DNA of 64,000 nucleotides from Chrysomallon squamiferum (lineage: Eukaryota > Animalia > Mollusca), in contig CM022674.1 in the NCBI GenBank assembly GCA_012295275.1, positions 4,278,001 through 4,342,000 on the forward strand, in the 5' to 3' direction. How positions within the stretch are numbered: the first letter of the stretch is position 1; the number at the start of each line of letters is the position of its first letter. Of this stretch, positions 28,109-45,572 are shown one piece after another. The notes under the pieces were generated by a model. It did no database searches. It was not told where the DNA came from and saw nothing but the letters and a program-made list of their open reading frames with translations. The translations under genes were made by a program, and so were the position numbers.

Positions 28109-29721
28109 TTATTGTTCTTTTCCACGAATAACAAGAAATGCTATTTCATGTTTTATCTTTTCTTCTGACTTTTAAATTTATTTCATTTCCCTAGTTTTCC
28201 CTTTTCAGAATTTCTGTATTGAAATTTATGCCACCAAACACAAAGTTTGCGCTTAAAAAAAATAGAGAAAAACAAATTAATAAAAGAAAAACAAATAAAT
28301 AAAAGAAAAACAAGAAAAAAATGAATGAAAAAAAAAAAAAAACTCAAAAGCTATAAAATAAAATCGTATAAATAATGAACGAAATTCAATGATCAAAAAA
28401 TGAAGTAAAAAAATCTGAATGTTATCAGACTTGTAAAATCTTTTTTTTTTACTGATCTGATAAAATATGCGACCATGTTCCAATGGAAGAAGCAATAACA
28501 TCTAGCATGTTCTTTTTTTTTTTTCAAAGAGAACCTTATTGAATTCTGTTATCTCTACTACGCATTTGTCATTGCATCAATAGAAAGGAACAAATTCTGG
28601 TTTTTTCTTTGTTCGTACATACGAGAACTCAAATTTGTTAGTCTCTTTTAGCCTGGGAATAACAGAAACAAAACAAATAAATAAATAAAATAAATAAAAT
28701 AAAATGCATGTGTTACGTGCAAAGATTTTTCATTTCCTTTTTCTTTATTGTGTTTATTTTATTTATTTTACTTATTTTATTTTTAATAAATGCTTCGTAA
28801 TTTTGATAATTTACAGATTGCTTGACATGTACAAACGACTCATTTAGAGTTGTTTGTAGCAGAATTAATATTTCTTTTTTTCTTTTCTTTTCTTTCGTTT
28901 ATTCTTTTTAGTAAAGCCGTTGATGATCATTTGAAGACAAATATGGGGACTGTATACTATTTTTTTGTTTTCTTTCAGTTCTGTCTTATGTCATCATGTC
29001 TTTGTATCGTGGTTAACAGCCGAAACAACTGGTGTAGTTTCCATACAGTGTTTATTGTTTTTAATTAACGTATTAAAGATTTGAAGGTTCCGTGTTCGCT
29101 GTCTAGCAACGGTTTGTTGTTCGATGATCAATTTAGGAAGGTTATAAATAAATTAAAAAAACAAAACATTTTCTATAAATAATCTGGAAAATGATGCAGC
29201 TGTAGCAGTTTTATTATTCCACAGTTCTAAATTTATTTATTCTGTTTATTTTATTTTATTTTTGTAAGGCTGAGATATAATCAGACCTTATCTGAAACCA
29301 GTTTATAAAATAAAATAAAACTTTTCTTACTCTTCCTCCTACAACTATTGTTACCACTATTTATTACTACTATTATTACTATTACAACGACCACCTCTAA
29401 TTATACTACTACTACTACAACCACTATTACTTCTTCTGTTACTACCACTACTATTTCATCTACAACTGCTACTGCTATTCTGTCTTGTCATCGCCATTAT
29501 TATTATTATTGTTTTTGTCACATGTTTTATTTAAATGACACAGTCTTTGTGTCACCTACATACACATTTAGAGACGAGTTTCCCTTCCTATTTAACGTTA
29601 CTTACACCATCTCCACTGAAACCTCTAATTACATTTTAAGTACTGAATTCGCAATGCCGTAATTGTGACCCCTTGATAGGAAAAGAGTATTAAGTCGCTT
29701 GTTCGTTTATGTCTCTCTCTC

Positions 29722-29821
<100 letters not shown>

Positions 29822-30038
29822 TCAGAAACAATGTATATGTCACTTTTTAAATGAAACCAAATACGTACATACATATGTATTGTTTCCTCGACTTAATGAA
29901 CCTTTCATAGAAATGTGTCACGCGGACTGAATAATGAATGCAGTAATCACTCTGAAGCATGCTTCTGACTTCGTGACTTACTAAATCAGTCTCTAAACAG
30001 ATTACGTGATAAAAAATTAAATTTTTTAATCAGCTTAC

Positions 30039-30066
30039 TTCCTTGGAAGAACTCGATAACATGACC

Positions 30067-30097
<31 letters not shown>

Positions 30098-30268
30098 GTT
30101 TAGTTTTCCTGTGACATATCTGAAAGTGGCTGGTAGTTCGTGAGTTAGAGCGTTCACCTGATGTGTAAAGAGTTGCTAGATCACTGCTGTTTAGTGTGAG
30201 AATGAACTGGCTGTTGTCCCAGACACTACCCCAAGTACAGTTTGCAGAGACCAAATCTTCGCGTCACT
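30039..30268 (-). other. Candidate non-coding 5'UTR exon of the class C receptor gene
   Basis: Minus-strand donor GAA|GTAAGC (plus gcttac 30033-30038). Minus-strand TTTCAGT at about 30266-30272 could be an Inr or an acceptor, preceded by a (GA)n tract on the minus strand. A candidate acceptor TTTTTCTAG ends at 22946, upstream of the ATG. Motif evidence only. Confidence 0.25.
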
Positions 30269-30272
30269 GAAA

Positions 30273-30362
<90 letters not shown>

Positions 30363-31919
30363 AGCTCTCATTAATCTGTTATTATTACAGTTCCTACTAC
30401 AGTATTATCATAACTACTACTACTACTATTGGTATTACCATTTCTACTACTACTTGGTATTACCATTACACAACTACTTCCTATTACTAACAGTATCAAA
30501 TTACTTTACTGCTACTGCTACTACTTACTACTTATTGTATTACTGCTTATTACTATTACTACCATTACTACTATTGCTACTGCTATTGTTTACTACTACT
30601 AGTACGATTACTATTGCTACTACTACTATTACTACTACTGTTAATCCTATTACTACTGTTAAAACAACAACAATTACTATTACTGCTACAACTACTACTA
30701 CCAATACTCTATTACAACACCAGAATTATTATATTTGTACTGCTACTGCTACTACTACTGCACTACTCCAATACTACTGCTGTATTATTACTACTCTGCT
30801 ATTATTACAACAACTACTACTCCTACTACTGCTATTACTACTATTACTACTACTACTACTACTGCAACTACTACTGCTATTACTACTATTACTACTACTA
30901 CGATTATTACTACAACAACTACTACTACTATTACACTACCATAACAGCTACAACATTCACTTCCAATGTAATTTTTATGAATCATTTTTAATTAAAATAA
31001 TTTAATTTGTTTTCTTTTACAATTCAGTCTTAACCTAACATCCTTCATTACTGACTACATCTACATTCGTAATTGAACGCAAACACAAGAATAAAAAAAA
31101 TATATAAAAATACAAAAATAAAAATAAGAAAAATAAACCAAAAATAAAAAATAAACACAAGAATAAAAAAATAAAAAAAAAAAAAAAAAAAAATAGAGAA
31201 AAATAAGAATAATAAAAAACACTCCAGCAATACAGAGATAAAAAAAGAAATACACAGTGATTCTCGATCTCACAAAGAACCCATCAGACACGTCATATTC
31301 GTCTTTTTGACGTTATACGGCCACACACAGAAAGTGGACACATTCACGTAATTAAACCTAGTTCCCAGTTTCCTCCAATAACCCAACATGACACGGACCT
31401 AAAAAACCATCAGGACCCACCCACTGTTCCATCAAAACAACTACCAGAAAAATAAAAAAATAACAGAGCATTTTCCCCTATCTCGCATTAACGTGCTTTA
31501 TTTTGAACTTGTCGCTCGCTAGCAAGGAGAAAACACCGGGGCCTGGGATCGTTTTAAAGCCGCTGTTTTTATTCCAGCAGGCGGCAGTAAAGGACAGGGA
31601 TTATTAATCGAGCTTTCCTTCTGTCTCAGCGATTCCTGTTGTTTTTTTTCTTTTTTTTTCGAACTTTTTAGCTGTCAAGCTGATCACTGAAAGGGCCGCG
31701 GAGGTAAAGCAGCTGACTGGATGATATTAATCCGAAGATGGATGAGTCAGTCCAAGGCAATACTCCGCGTGCGTGACGATATTGTTTAAAAACTCGGCTG
31801 ATGAAACGGGAAGGTTTCCTTGCCAAATCGTAACAACGCTGAGAGGCACTGAAGGGAAGGAAAGCAGAGTGGCAGAGACCATGAACGAAATGTAATGGAG
31901 AGGAAGGAAGAGATTATTT

Positions 31920-31965
<46 letters not shown>

Positions 31966-32060
31966 TAGACAGATAGACAGACAGATAGATAAATAGATAG
32001 CTATATAGATAGACAGACAGATAGATAGATAGATATATATATATATATATATAAAAATAA

Positions 32061-32097
<37 letters not shown>

Positions 32098-35000
32098 CAG
32101 ACAGATAGATGATATATAAACAGCGAAATAGATGGATTTAGATGGAAAGATAAAGACAGACAGATTGATAGAGGGAACTAGAGACAGATATAAACAAAAC
32201 AAATAAACAAACAGAAATGAAAAAAAGTAATAATAAGGTATCAGAAAATGAACTGAAGAAGTAGAAACAAGAACAACAACAAAGATCCTATTTCAGATGG
32301 AAGACTAACGATAGACAGACAGAAACAAATAGACAGACAGAAATGCACAGAGATAGACAGAAAAACAGGAGAAAAATAGATAGACAGAGACAGACAGCGA
32401 GGGATAAATAAAATAAATAAACGAACAAACAAACAAATAATAATGATGATGATGATGATGATGATGACAACAAAAGTAGTAATAAGGTATCAGTTATTTC
32501 GATCTTTAATGTGAACTGGAAGAAGTAGCCAAAGAACAAGAACAACAACAAAGGACCGATCCTATTATCAGCCAAATAAATGTGAGACCGCAGACTCTAA
32601 CCACAAAGCTTGAATCCTTCTTCTCCTCCTTCTCCTCCGACGATGAAGACAAAACTGGAACAAAAAAAAACACACAATTTAAACAACCTTACTAACAAGT
32701 CACTAACGAGCACTGCCGGACGAATCAGTTAGCTGTACGCGACCTCCAGTTAAAACAACATTAGCAAACGACGTCTTTCTTGCCTGACGTTGGCAATATT
32801 TACCTCCGTGGGTACTAAAACACGTTGACGGTAACGAGGGCCGTAATGATAAAAGACAGGATGGTCTGACGAGTGTCTACGCCAAAGACTGAGGGTGATG
32901 GATGCTCTCTCTGCCGAGTGTTTGTTGTTGTGAGTTTAGAGCGTCGAACACTGACGAAGAAGACTTCTAATTAATGGGAATCACATTTTGTAGACTTAAA
33001 ACTGTTCAAATATTTGTCGTTTCCCGTCCTGCTGCCGGTCGGATGACCTTGACGTTGCTAACTTTAACTGACTGCAATCAAAACAGGACTGCGATGTTTT
33101 TGTTAATTTATAGCTGTCATGATCATTACAGCCAACACGGTCCGAGTCATTATCATTACTGTTGATTTTATTATCATTATAGCCATACTTAGCATTCCCC
33201 ATCACGTCTTCATTATGGTATACTAATAAATCATTATCATTCCTGTAGACACTTTATAATTATTATCGTCATCATCATTTCCATCATTAAAATCGTTAAT
33301 TTTATACCTATCATCATCATCATCAGACCACCTGCATTTAACCATATAACTACCACGACCGCCATTATCATCATTTCTGTTATATCTACGTTACTATCAG
33401 AAATACAACGAGTTATGTTCTGTTCCGACCGGTACCTACATATTTATGATATAATTTTCAAAAGCTGAGGTATGTGCTGTGGTGTCTAGATAGGTTGGTT
33501 GTAGAAAAGTCATTGTTATTAAGAGAAATATGTATATTTTTTGGTATCGTACCCGAATTTACATCTCTGACACAATTTAATATAATCAGTGTCGTTATAA
33601 ATGTAACCATTAGTACTGTTACTATCACTGTTGCCATCGCTGTCAACGCCATTACTGTAACAATTATCAACATCATCACGACGACTACCATTAGAAGTTC
33701 CACCACCATCACCAACGTCATCAGAATTTTCACCATCATCAATCATCATTATCTACACCGTCATCATCAGAATGTCCATCACCATCAATATGCCATGACT
33801 ATTATCATTATTAATGTAATCATTAAAATATAATCATCATGAATGATATTATCATTATAACTCTAACCACATAATTATGAAATCGTAATCGTAGTAGAGA
33901 ATTTCTGTAACTACTACTACTATTACTACTACTACTGCTACTACCATCACCACCACCACCACCACTACTACTACTTTGGCTTTTAGTACTACTACTACTA
34001 TTTCTACTATTACTACTACTACTACCGCTCCTATCAATATTGCTACCACTATTACTAACGAACCATTACTCCTACTAAAACTACTACAACTACTGCAACT
34101 GCTGCTTCTGTTACTACTATTGTTACTATTACTACTACCAGTAAAATGATTATTTCTTCTGTTACTACCACTGAAAACTACCACTAAAACGATTGCTACT
34201 ACTACTATTATTACTACTACTACTACCACTACTACCACTACTGTTGCTATTACAACAATAACAATTACAACCACTACTACTACTGTTACTATTATTATTA
34301 TTATTTTTTATTGTTATTTCAAACCATCTCTCTAACTCTACCTTTCAGAAGAAAAAAAAAACAAAAAACAAAAAAAATGGAGACCTTTTCAAAAAGACAT
34401 CACCACTAATGGCATTATTCCAAAACCTAAAACAGCAACGTGGTAAACTCAAAGTCAACAAAGTGTCTTACTAACAATGGGCGGGCCTGGTTTGTCGTGT
34501 CGTGGCTGGTCTCTCCGTGTTTCCATATGTATTCGGTCTCCAAATTACAAGCCAGGGGAAGCTTTGCAGATGCTAAGAGGAGAAAATCTAATTTTAGCCG
34601 TGAATTCTCCCACCAATGATTGTCTGCAATGCAATAATGACCGGAGCAGAACGGGTAACGTGGTTAGAGAAAACAACACGGAATCTCTAATTGTAATACT
34701 AGCCTTCATCCTCCGACGCGTTCACAATTCTATTTCTTTTTTTTTTTTTACATCTTCCTTTCGCAATTTCTCATCTAATTGGGTCTCAAGTCATTGTCCC
34801 GGGGGGGGGGGAATCATACGGGTTTGAAATTTCTGGTTAGGAGGGTGAAACAGATATCTGAAATCTAGCTTCTCTGAAGGGGATCTATGGTTGTTTTTTT
34901 TTGAATTTCTATTAGAGTATCATTGCATTGTTTTTTTCGGGTTTACAATGAAAATCAGATCTGTTCTTGGTGGTAATCGAGATCTTGAATCGTAGCTCGC

Positions 35001-35194
35001 GGGTGTATTTGTGTTTTGGACGTATGTTCGTTTTTGTATGCATGCATGTGTAAAAAATGTTTACGTGTTCGTTAGTTTGTATGTGCAGGACGGTGAATAT
35101 GAGTTTGTATATATATATCTATACGATGGTTACGTTGATGGCACAAGCCACAATCTTCAAGCTGCAAAGGAAACATTAATATCATTATGTACAC

Positions 35195-35745
35195 CATATA
35201 TCTCATATATTTCCTCTTTTATAAAACCAGGAACAATTAATTTTCTTCAACCCTATATTTCTGAAACATACTAGTATATTTTTCTTTATTGTAAATCTAG
35301 CAACTGAAATATACTGGTATATTTCCTTTATTATAATCCCAGGAACAATTAATTTTGTACTATCCTATGTCTCTGAAATATACTTCTATGTTCTCTTTAT
35401 TATAAAACCAGGAAAAAATAATTTTGTACTATCGTATGTCTTTCAAACATGCTGCTATATTTCCTTTATTACGAAACAAGGAACAATTAATTTTGTACTA
35501 TCCTATGTCTTTCAAACATGCTGCTATATTTTCTTTACTGTAAAGCTAGAAACAATTAATTTTGTACAGTCTTATATCTCTGAAACATACTGCTGTGTTT
35601 TCTTTATTACGAAACCAGGAACAATTAATTTTGTACTACCCTAGATCACTGAACCATACTGCTGTATTTTCTTTATTATATCTGAACGATACTGCTGTAT
35701 TTTCTTTATCATAAACCCAGAAACAATTAATTTTGTAATACAATT
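35195..35745. repeat. Minisatellite, about 69-bp unit, 7-8 copies (some truncated)
   Basis: ggaacaattaattttgtac anchor at about 35230, 35342, 35411, 35480, 35549, 35618, 35720. Confidence 0.9.
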
Positions 35746-36082
35746 AATACAGCACCTGCCCACAACATTCTCACCTAATTTTAACTGTTTGCTCTAATGT
35801 CTTTGTTCTTAGAAGATCTTAGAGGCTTTTATTTGATCACAGTAGCACAGTGTCAATGTTTACCAGTGCTGGAGAATGTACTTTTGTTCGTAATGCAAAT
35901 GAGAAAGCTCTGGGCAGTCGTATATATCCAAGAGAGAACAAACCAGAAACGAATTGCCCTGGATTTTAGTATTTGTTATTTAAGAAGAAATTACGTTATT
36001 TTCTTTTCGTCCATCGATTTCGCGTACCCATCCGTAACTACATGCCGAATTGGTTTCAGATAAATGTGTTGTTTTAAACAGA

Positions 36083-36221
<139 letters not shown>

Positions 36222-36261
36222 TAGGGGAAGATAATTACATTTTATTTTATATAATTAATTA

Positions 36262-36295
<34 letters not shown>

Positions 36296-37039
36296 GTTAT
36301 TATTATTATTATTATTATTATTAGTATTAGTTTTCTTTTTAAATATTATTTTCTACTTGATTCATTACTCTAACTGTACAATCAGACAATACATTTAATG
36401 CTTTGTACGCGTGTAAACAGTGCATATGTTACATAAAAGATCTCACTTTAACACACAAATTTCATTCTGTTCTTTGCAGTTATCATTCATTTCACTCGTT
36501 CGTAAGGTTTCAGCATTAGATCAAACTAAATAACGTAAGAATCAATCTGGAGTTATCAAGATCTTTAAAAAACAGTAACAAAAAAAAAAAAAAAAATAAA
36601 TAAAAAAAAAAAAAAAAAAAAAAAATATTGAAAAAATTCAGAAACATTAAAAACAAATTAAACCTCCCCCCAAAAAACCCCCCAAAACATACGTACTGAC
36701 GAATTATTTTCTGTCTTAATTATTTGTATTGCTGTGCGGTTGATCTTTAAATTTTTATATTTTTTATATTTTTATTTTTTTATTTTTTTTTTATTGTTAA
36801 AAGACGTAATTGTATTGTTACTGCTGCAAGCACGGATGAAGCTGACTGTAGAAAGCTCGTAAATCAAGTCTAAGTGACGTTTTCCTCTCACCATGACGAT
36901 GATTGATGTCGGGTTTCGCGCCTTTGTTAAAAACCTTTTCTCTCTTTTACTTGTTTTTTTTTCTTCTTCTGGTTCAAAGAGTGCAAGATTCTTTCAGCGT
37001 GCTATATCTCCGCTAACCATGTGTAAAATGTGCGGAATG

Positions 37040-38093
<1,054 letters not shown>

Positions 38094-38722
38094 CCTCCCT
38101 CTCTCTCTTTATACTGCTGCAGCTTGAGAGGAATGGTACAACTGCTAGTTACGACCAAAAAAATAAAAAATAAAAATAAATAAATAAAATAAAGCGTCGA
38201 CAGCAACGGCATCGCTAATTACCACATCACCAGCGACACGAAGTCTTACACGTGTCTGAATTTCATCAAATCACACACAGTGAGTATTAAATTCGGGATT
38301 TAAAACCGCAGCGAAAGCAGATCGAAGTTCACCTTTCCCACTTGCTGCTGTCTCGCGATCCATTTAACCGTATTGGAAAAAAAAAAAAAAAAAAAAAAAT
38401 ACAGTTTCATCGGCGTGCTTTCCAAATCCTTATCCCGTAATCAGGTCATCTGATGGTCACTTCGTGTGTCCAGTTAAGTATGTTGATGTATTCCAGCACT
38501 CAACAGAGTTTTAAACGTGTCCTGCTGTCTGAAATTCGCCGTCTGGATAAAAAACGGTGTAGAAGGAGCGGATCACATGTCTGGCTTCGTCTAAGGAATA
38601 AAACAGTGGCTGACAGGTCTGTTTTGTGTGGCTGTTTTACTATTTTTTATTAGTAGTAGTTGTAGTCGTAGTAGTAGTAGTAGTAGTAATAGTAATAATA
38701 GTAGTAGTAGTAGTAGTAGTAA

Positions 38723-38760
<38 letters not shown>

Positions 38761-39654
38761 ATAGTAATAGTAGTAGTAAAAGTAATAGTAGTAGTAGTAA
38801 TAGTAATAGTAATAGTAGTAGTAATAGTAGTAGTAGTAATAGTTGTAGTAGTAGTAGTAGTAATAGTAATGGTAGCAACAATGTTATTAGCAGAGTAATG
38901 TTATCAACATTAGTATTAGTAGTAACAATCGTATTAGTATTAGTAGTAGTAGCAGTAGTAATATTAGTTGTAGTAATAGTAACAACGGTAGTATTAGTAG
39001 TCGCTGTAGTAGTTTAAGGTGAATGTAAAGTGTAATTACTGTAATAATAAGCTAAATATATGTTATATACACTGCCAAAATACTGAGAACTTTTTTTTTT
39101 TTGTAAATATCGTGCCCAATCTTTGATGATAACAAAGTATGAAGAAATTAGATTGTTTATAGCCGATTTATCACCTTTTCTTTTTTTCTCTTCCTTTTGA
39201 TGTCATTCTGTTCGAAATAGACTGAATGCATGAAAAACTAAAAATAAATAAAAATAAAAATAATAATAAAAAAGAAATTAAATTATCAGGAATAAAGTCG
39301 TAGAAAAGAAGAAGAAAAAAAAGGTGTATTTGAAAATATCAGATGTGATCAACATACACAGTGTTTCCAGGGATATATTAACAAATACACATAACGTATT
39401 TTCAGCATCCACAAAGACTACTATGGCAATAAATAAATAAATAAATAAATAAATAAATACATAAATAAGAATAATTAAAAACAAATATAGATGATGATGA
39501 TGATGATGATAACAATAATAATAATAATAGAAACAATAACAACAATAACAACAAAAACAACAATAACAACAACAACAACAACAATAATAATAACAACAAC
39601 AACAACAATAATAATAACAACAACAACAACAACAACAATAACAACAACAACAAC

Positions 39655-39720
<66 letters not shown>

Positions 39721-42098
39721 AAAAAAAAAAAAAAAAAAAAAAAGATATATATATTTTTTTGCTAACATACTGAATATATTTGTACCACTTGTCATAACAG
39801 GTCAAGACAAGGTCCTGCAATATTTGATTATATTTGCCATGCGACATTTCTGAAGCTATAACACGCGAGCAGATACACACACACACACACACACACAGAC
39901 GCCTGGAAAACTCGCATACAGCGTTTGCTGTTACTTACAACAGAAGTGAGATTTCAGGTCATCCAGAAAAAAAAAAAAAAGTCAAACAAAGTCGTTCCCC
40001 GCTGGCTGATTTGGTCTTTGCAATGCGGAGCCTAAAATCTTGGGATGGAATCATTTTTAGCAACAAGCAAATACGGCTCGCGTTTTGAACGACAAAACTT
40101 CTTGGAAATTTGTCAAATTATACGACGTTACGTTCTCCGATAGAGGGCGCAATTTCATTGCAAACCCGGAAGGCTATCACCATTACGTATGTCCGGGTAA
40201 TTGAGACGTAATTTCCAGCTGTCTGAACGTCCAGTGTCTCTATACGTTTCCTGCTGGAGACACGGTAAAGAGAGGAACAAGCTCGAGTGTAGGTTTACAC
40301 AGATTTGATATTATTAAAAATAATACAGAAAAAAAACGCACACTCTCTTCTCCCACAATAAAGTGCAGAGTGTTTTACACATGTCCGTTTATAAGCATGT
40401 TAATCAGTTGCTGCACTTTTGGGTTGTGTTTCTGTCTTCTTGTCGTACGTTAGTAGTGCAGTATTGCAGAAACAACAACAAAAAAGAGAGACCGATTTTA
40501 AAGATAGATAAATATACAAACAGCCAGATAGATAGATAAACACAGAGATAAATACATGTATTAATAACTAGCTAGCTAGAAAGACAGACAGATAGATAAA
40601 TAGAAAGGTAAATAGAGACAGGTGGACATATAGACAGACAGACAGACAGACAGACAGATAGATAGATAGATATATAGATAGATAAATATAGATAAACTGA
40701 TAGATAGCTAGATAGACAGATACATTAATAAACTGACAGATGCATATACAGAGATAGATAAATAGACTGATAGATAAACTAATGGGCAGAAAAAACATAT
40801 AGACATACAGACAATCAGACAGATAGAAAAACAGATAGATAACTGGATAGATAACAAAATAGATATATTTTTAAATTCATAGCCAGGCAGACAGAGTAAG
40901 AGTGAAAAACACAACACAGTGCTTTGCTATCGTTAAGTAAAGTTAACTCTGTGTGACACGCTCTTTATTAACGTCAGTGATTCGAATGTGCAATTGTACG
41001 AGTGACCAAATTCGTGAAACACGTGGGCGCCTTTTGTGAGAGAGACCTGACAGTGAATTAGAGATAAACGTAGCTTATACTTCACTTTTTTTATTTTTGT
41101 TTTCTTTAAAATGATATGGAGAGCAAATTACAGAAGTGTCAATCATAGATATGGTATCTGAAATAATAATTTCAAAAGAATCCATAACATTAGATTTAAG
41201 AAAAAAAAAAAAAAAAAAAAAAAAAGGTCAATATAAATAAATAAAAATACAATAGAAATGAAAAAAAAAAAAAAAAAAAACTAACAAACAGTGGATAATT
41301 GAACTGATGCTTATGATGATGACGATAACGATAAATAAAGGAAAAACGAAGTAGATAAAATAATAATTCTTATAACTGTTGCTGAAGTTGTGGTAGCAGT
41401 AAACGTAGAAGCAGCGTTAATGGTTAGAGATGTGTGGTATTGGCGATGGTGGTGGTACCAGTAGTAGCTGTGGTAGTTTCAGTAGTAGTGGTAGTAGTAG
41501 TCGTAGTAGTAGTAGTAGTAATAGTAATAGTAGTCGCAGTTTATAGTAGTATAGCAGAGATTGTTGATACAGATTTTAAGATATGATGGATTTGATAGCG
41601 AAGGTAATAGTCATGGTATTACTAGTAGAGATACTATTTGCCACAAACTTCAAATAAAAATAATAATCAGAATAATAACAACAACAATAAAATAACAATA
41701 TAATAATAAGAAAACAACGACAGCATAGCAATGATTATGATGTTGATGACGATAATAGTATTAAAGCTGTAGTAAAAGTAATAACAATAACAACAATAAC
41801 AGTAACAATAATAATAACAACACTGATAACAGTAATAACAAAAACAAAAATAAAAGCAAAAATAACAAAAACAAAAACAAAAACAAAAACAACAACAAGA
41901 ACAGTAATAATAATAAAAGGAATAACAATAACAGTAATAACAGGAATGACAATAACAATAACAACCAAAACAACAACAATAACAACGGCGACGACAACAA
42001 CAACAACAGCAACAGCAACAACAACAACAACAATAACGACAACTTTAATAATAATAAAACTAATAATAATAATAATAAAAATAAAACTAATCATATTA

Positions 42099-42133
<35 letters not shown>

Positions 42134-42749
42134 TGAACATATGCTTTTCTATCACATTCTGTTCGCCGAGACTGCGGTGACGCCAGACAAAAGAAGGGAC
42201 GTACTACAGACATAAAAATCTTGTAGGTTTCTTTCCCGCCATCAAAGCAGTTTATTTTCGAACAGTAGTACCCGTCTGCTTGGAACAAGACTAGCCGCCA
42301 TGACACCGTGTCGTTAAAAGAGATTACATGGCCGGTGTTTCTCGTCGAAAAGAAAAGAGATGGATGTTTAACGACTCCTGGGACTTCGTTTTAATCTTGT
42401 GTTAGATTGAGGGTTATGCATATGTATAGTTAAAGAAACAAAAAAAAAAAAAAAAAAAAAAAAAAAGACTTTCGTCTAGACAAATGCGTCTGCGTGGAAA
42501 TGGATTACATGGAGAGAGACAGACAGATTTGAGAGATAGAGAGTCAGACAAGTCGATGAGTTTCACAAGGAAAGAGGTAGATAAAGAGACAGAGATAACG
42601 AAAAAGAAAAAGAAAAAAAAAAAAAAAAGAAAGAAAAAGAAAAATAAGAAAAATAAAGGATGAAGGAATTAAATAACAAAAGACAGACAGATAGGTATGT
42701 AGGTACATAGGTAGATAAAAAAGAGAAAATAATATATATATATATTTGT

Positions 42750-42836
<87 letters not shown>

Positions 42837-42920
42837 AGAGAGACACAAACAAAAAAAGACAGACACATAGTTTGATAGATAAATAACAAAAAAAAATAGT
42901 TCGAACAATTAAACCGGCGT

Positions 42921-43029
<109 letters not shown>

Positions 43030-43112
43030 AAATAAATTAAGAAACATATATTGACAAGCAGATAAAACAGAGGAATAGATAAAATGTTGAAAGGTTTAGG
43101 AAAATTTATAGA

Positions 43113-43143
<31 letters not shown>

Positions 43144-43236
43144 ACTAAATTAAATGACGATTAAAATGGATGGAGCTATCATATTTATAAGACTCGTTCT
43201 TTTTTTCTGTAACAGATTCCGACGCAAGTTGCATTA

Positions 43237-43250
43237 GTAACCATGGCAAC
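43237..43250. promoter_or_regulatory. RFX X-box motif
   Basis: GTAACCATGGCAAC (reverse complement GTTGCCATGGTTAC). Confidence 0.5.
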
Positions 43251-43362
43251 AAAATTAATTTCTTGTAACTGTTAACTGATTAACAGAATCCTTCGTTTCA
43301 TTCGTCCGTCGTTTTATATTAAAGAACATAAATACGATGATGACGATAATAATAACAATAAC

Positions 43363-43424
<62 letters not shown>

Positions 43425-43425
43425 A

Positions 43426-43478
<53 letters not shown>

Positions 43479-45496
43479 TAACAATAATACAGCAACAACA
43501 ACAACAACAAAAATATGTCGAAGAAAGATTGTTGACTGGAATTCTATGAACTTTTCTTTTTCTTTTTTTTTTTTTATATCTTCTTCTTCTTCTTCTTCTT
43601 ATTTATTTATTTATTTATTTATTTATTTTATGTTTTTTTCTGTTTTTTTATTTTTGTGTTTCGAACATTGTGTCATTATCTACAAGGCAGGCCGTTCTTT
43701 GTCTCTCGTAAGTTTTCCTTTATTGTATGTATGTATGTGTGTGTGTGCATATGTATGTGTTTATGTATATGTGTATGTATGCATGTAAGCATGTATATAC
43801 GACTATGCTGTATTTTATTGTTTATCCATATGTAAGCGATATAAATTACATCATTCTGCAGGCTATTAAAAGATTATTGAACATGCTATTTTGCTGGAGA
43901 TCTAATGCAGATTCTGGAAATAAACTTTCAAACAGAACCTTTGTTATTTCGTATGGACAAAGACAACTCCACAAAGTAATAGCATTGTATTGTGGGCGCC
44001 AAAGGGACGCTATTGTAATGTGTTATCATCAAATTTTGTTTTTCTGTCAATTTTATTAGCTGCATTTTGATCAGCCATCAACCGTATTTTGAGAAGGATC
44101 GATATTTCGTTTCAAATGAAATTAAGGTGGAAGAATGAACAGCTTAGACATTTTTTTTAAAGACGATAGCGAAATACAAGAGAAATCCAAGATATTCAAC
44201 GTGGTTCGTCAAAACTGTTCGGGTTGTGGACCAGATATTCAGAGATCGATTTGAATTCTTGAGGTAGCATTATTCACATTTTTTTTTTTTTTTCATTTTT
44301 TTCTTTGTGTTAATTAATTTTGTGCTGTCCTACAGTCTACTTGAAACAGATGAAAATGTCATTCTCATTTGAACCAGACCGAGTTTAAAGAGGTTTTGTG
44401 CCAGTTTTGTTTTAGGCTGAATTCATATGTGACTTTTTAATAGAATTTTAGGCATGAATATTTCCTGGGGCCATTTAAAAATAATAAAATAAAATAAAAT
44501 AAAAAAATAATAAAAAAAAACGTTCAATTTATTTTGAAGGATAGTTCTTTCAGTCTTCAAAATTGAAATTAGTGTATGCATTTAATATCAAGTAGTTAGG
44601 TTTTTCTCAGAGGTGGAAATTCTAGTTGTATCATCAGCAGTAATACTAGCAATGCTGTTAATAATAATATTTGTATTAGCAGTAATAGTAATAGTTCTAT
44701 TTGAAGATTTTTAATAACAATAATTAATTTTAACACAGAGTTCATGGGATGACCATCCTTTTAATATATATTTTTTTTTCTTGGTATTTAAAACAAAACA
44801 ACAACAACAAAAGCTAAAAATAAAAATAAAAATAAAACAAAAATAGAACAAAAACAAAACAAAAATCATTAAAATAAATAAACCCCCAGAATTGTATGAC
44901 TTTAGTAATATGGATGATTTTTCAAAATATTAAATACGTCTACTAATAATGATACAACAAAATTAGATTTTTCCACACAAAATTTATGATACGGTATTGG
45001 AACTATTACTGCTTTTATAAATCAAAATTAACTAAAAAATATCTGGTCCAATACATTACTGCAGTGCTTCTAGTCCAAGGGAGGTAACACATGGTGGATT
45101 CTAAAATATAAGTTTATTGGAGTTACGGTTACTGATTCGAACCAAAGCCATTTATCACTCGTTTGAAGTAAAAAATATTTCTGTTTATGATCTTTAACCG
45201 TAAAATTAAAAATTTCTTATATCGTTATGTTAAATACGATCAATCTGACACATTTGTTTTTTTCTAATTTCTGATTTATTTAACTTTCTTGTTTTTTGTT
45301 AGGTTTTCTCCTTGTTGTTTTGTTTTTGTTTTTTTTTCTATCTCGATGGGGAGATCTTCTGTTATATTTCTGGAGTGAATTAATCTTCTTGGTTCAAATA
45401 AACGTTATAACTTAGTTTAAAAAAATAATATATATATATACATATACAAATAAATATAAAAATAAAATAATAATAATAATAATAATAATAATAGTA

Positions 45497-45572
<76 letters not shown>

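Noticed and set aside
40074-40084. Partial match to miR-375 (cggctcgcgtt)
   Set aside because: Seed region absent and no precursor hairpin.
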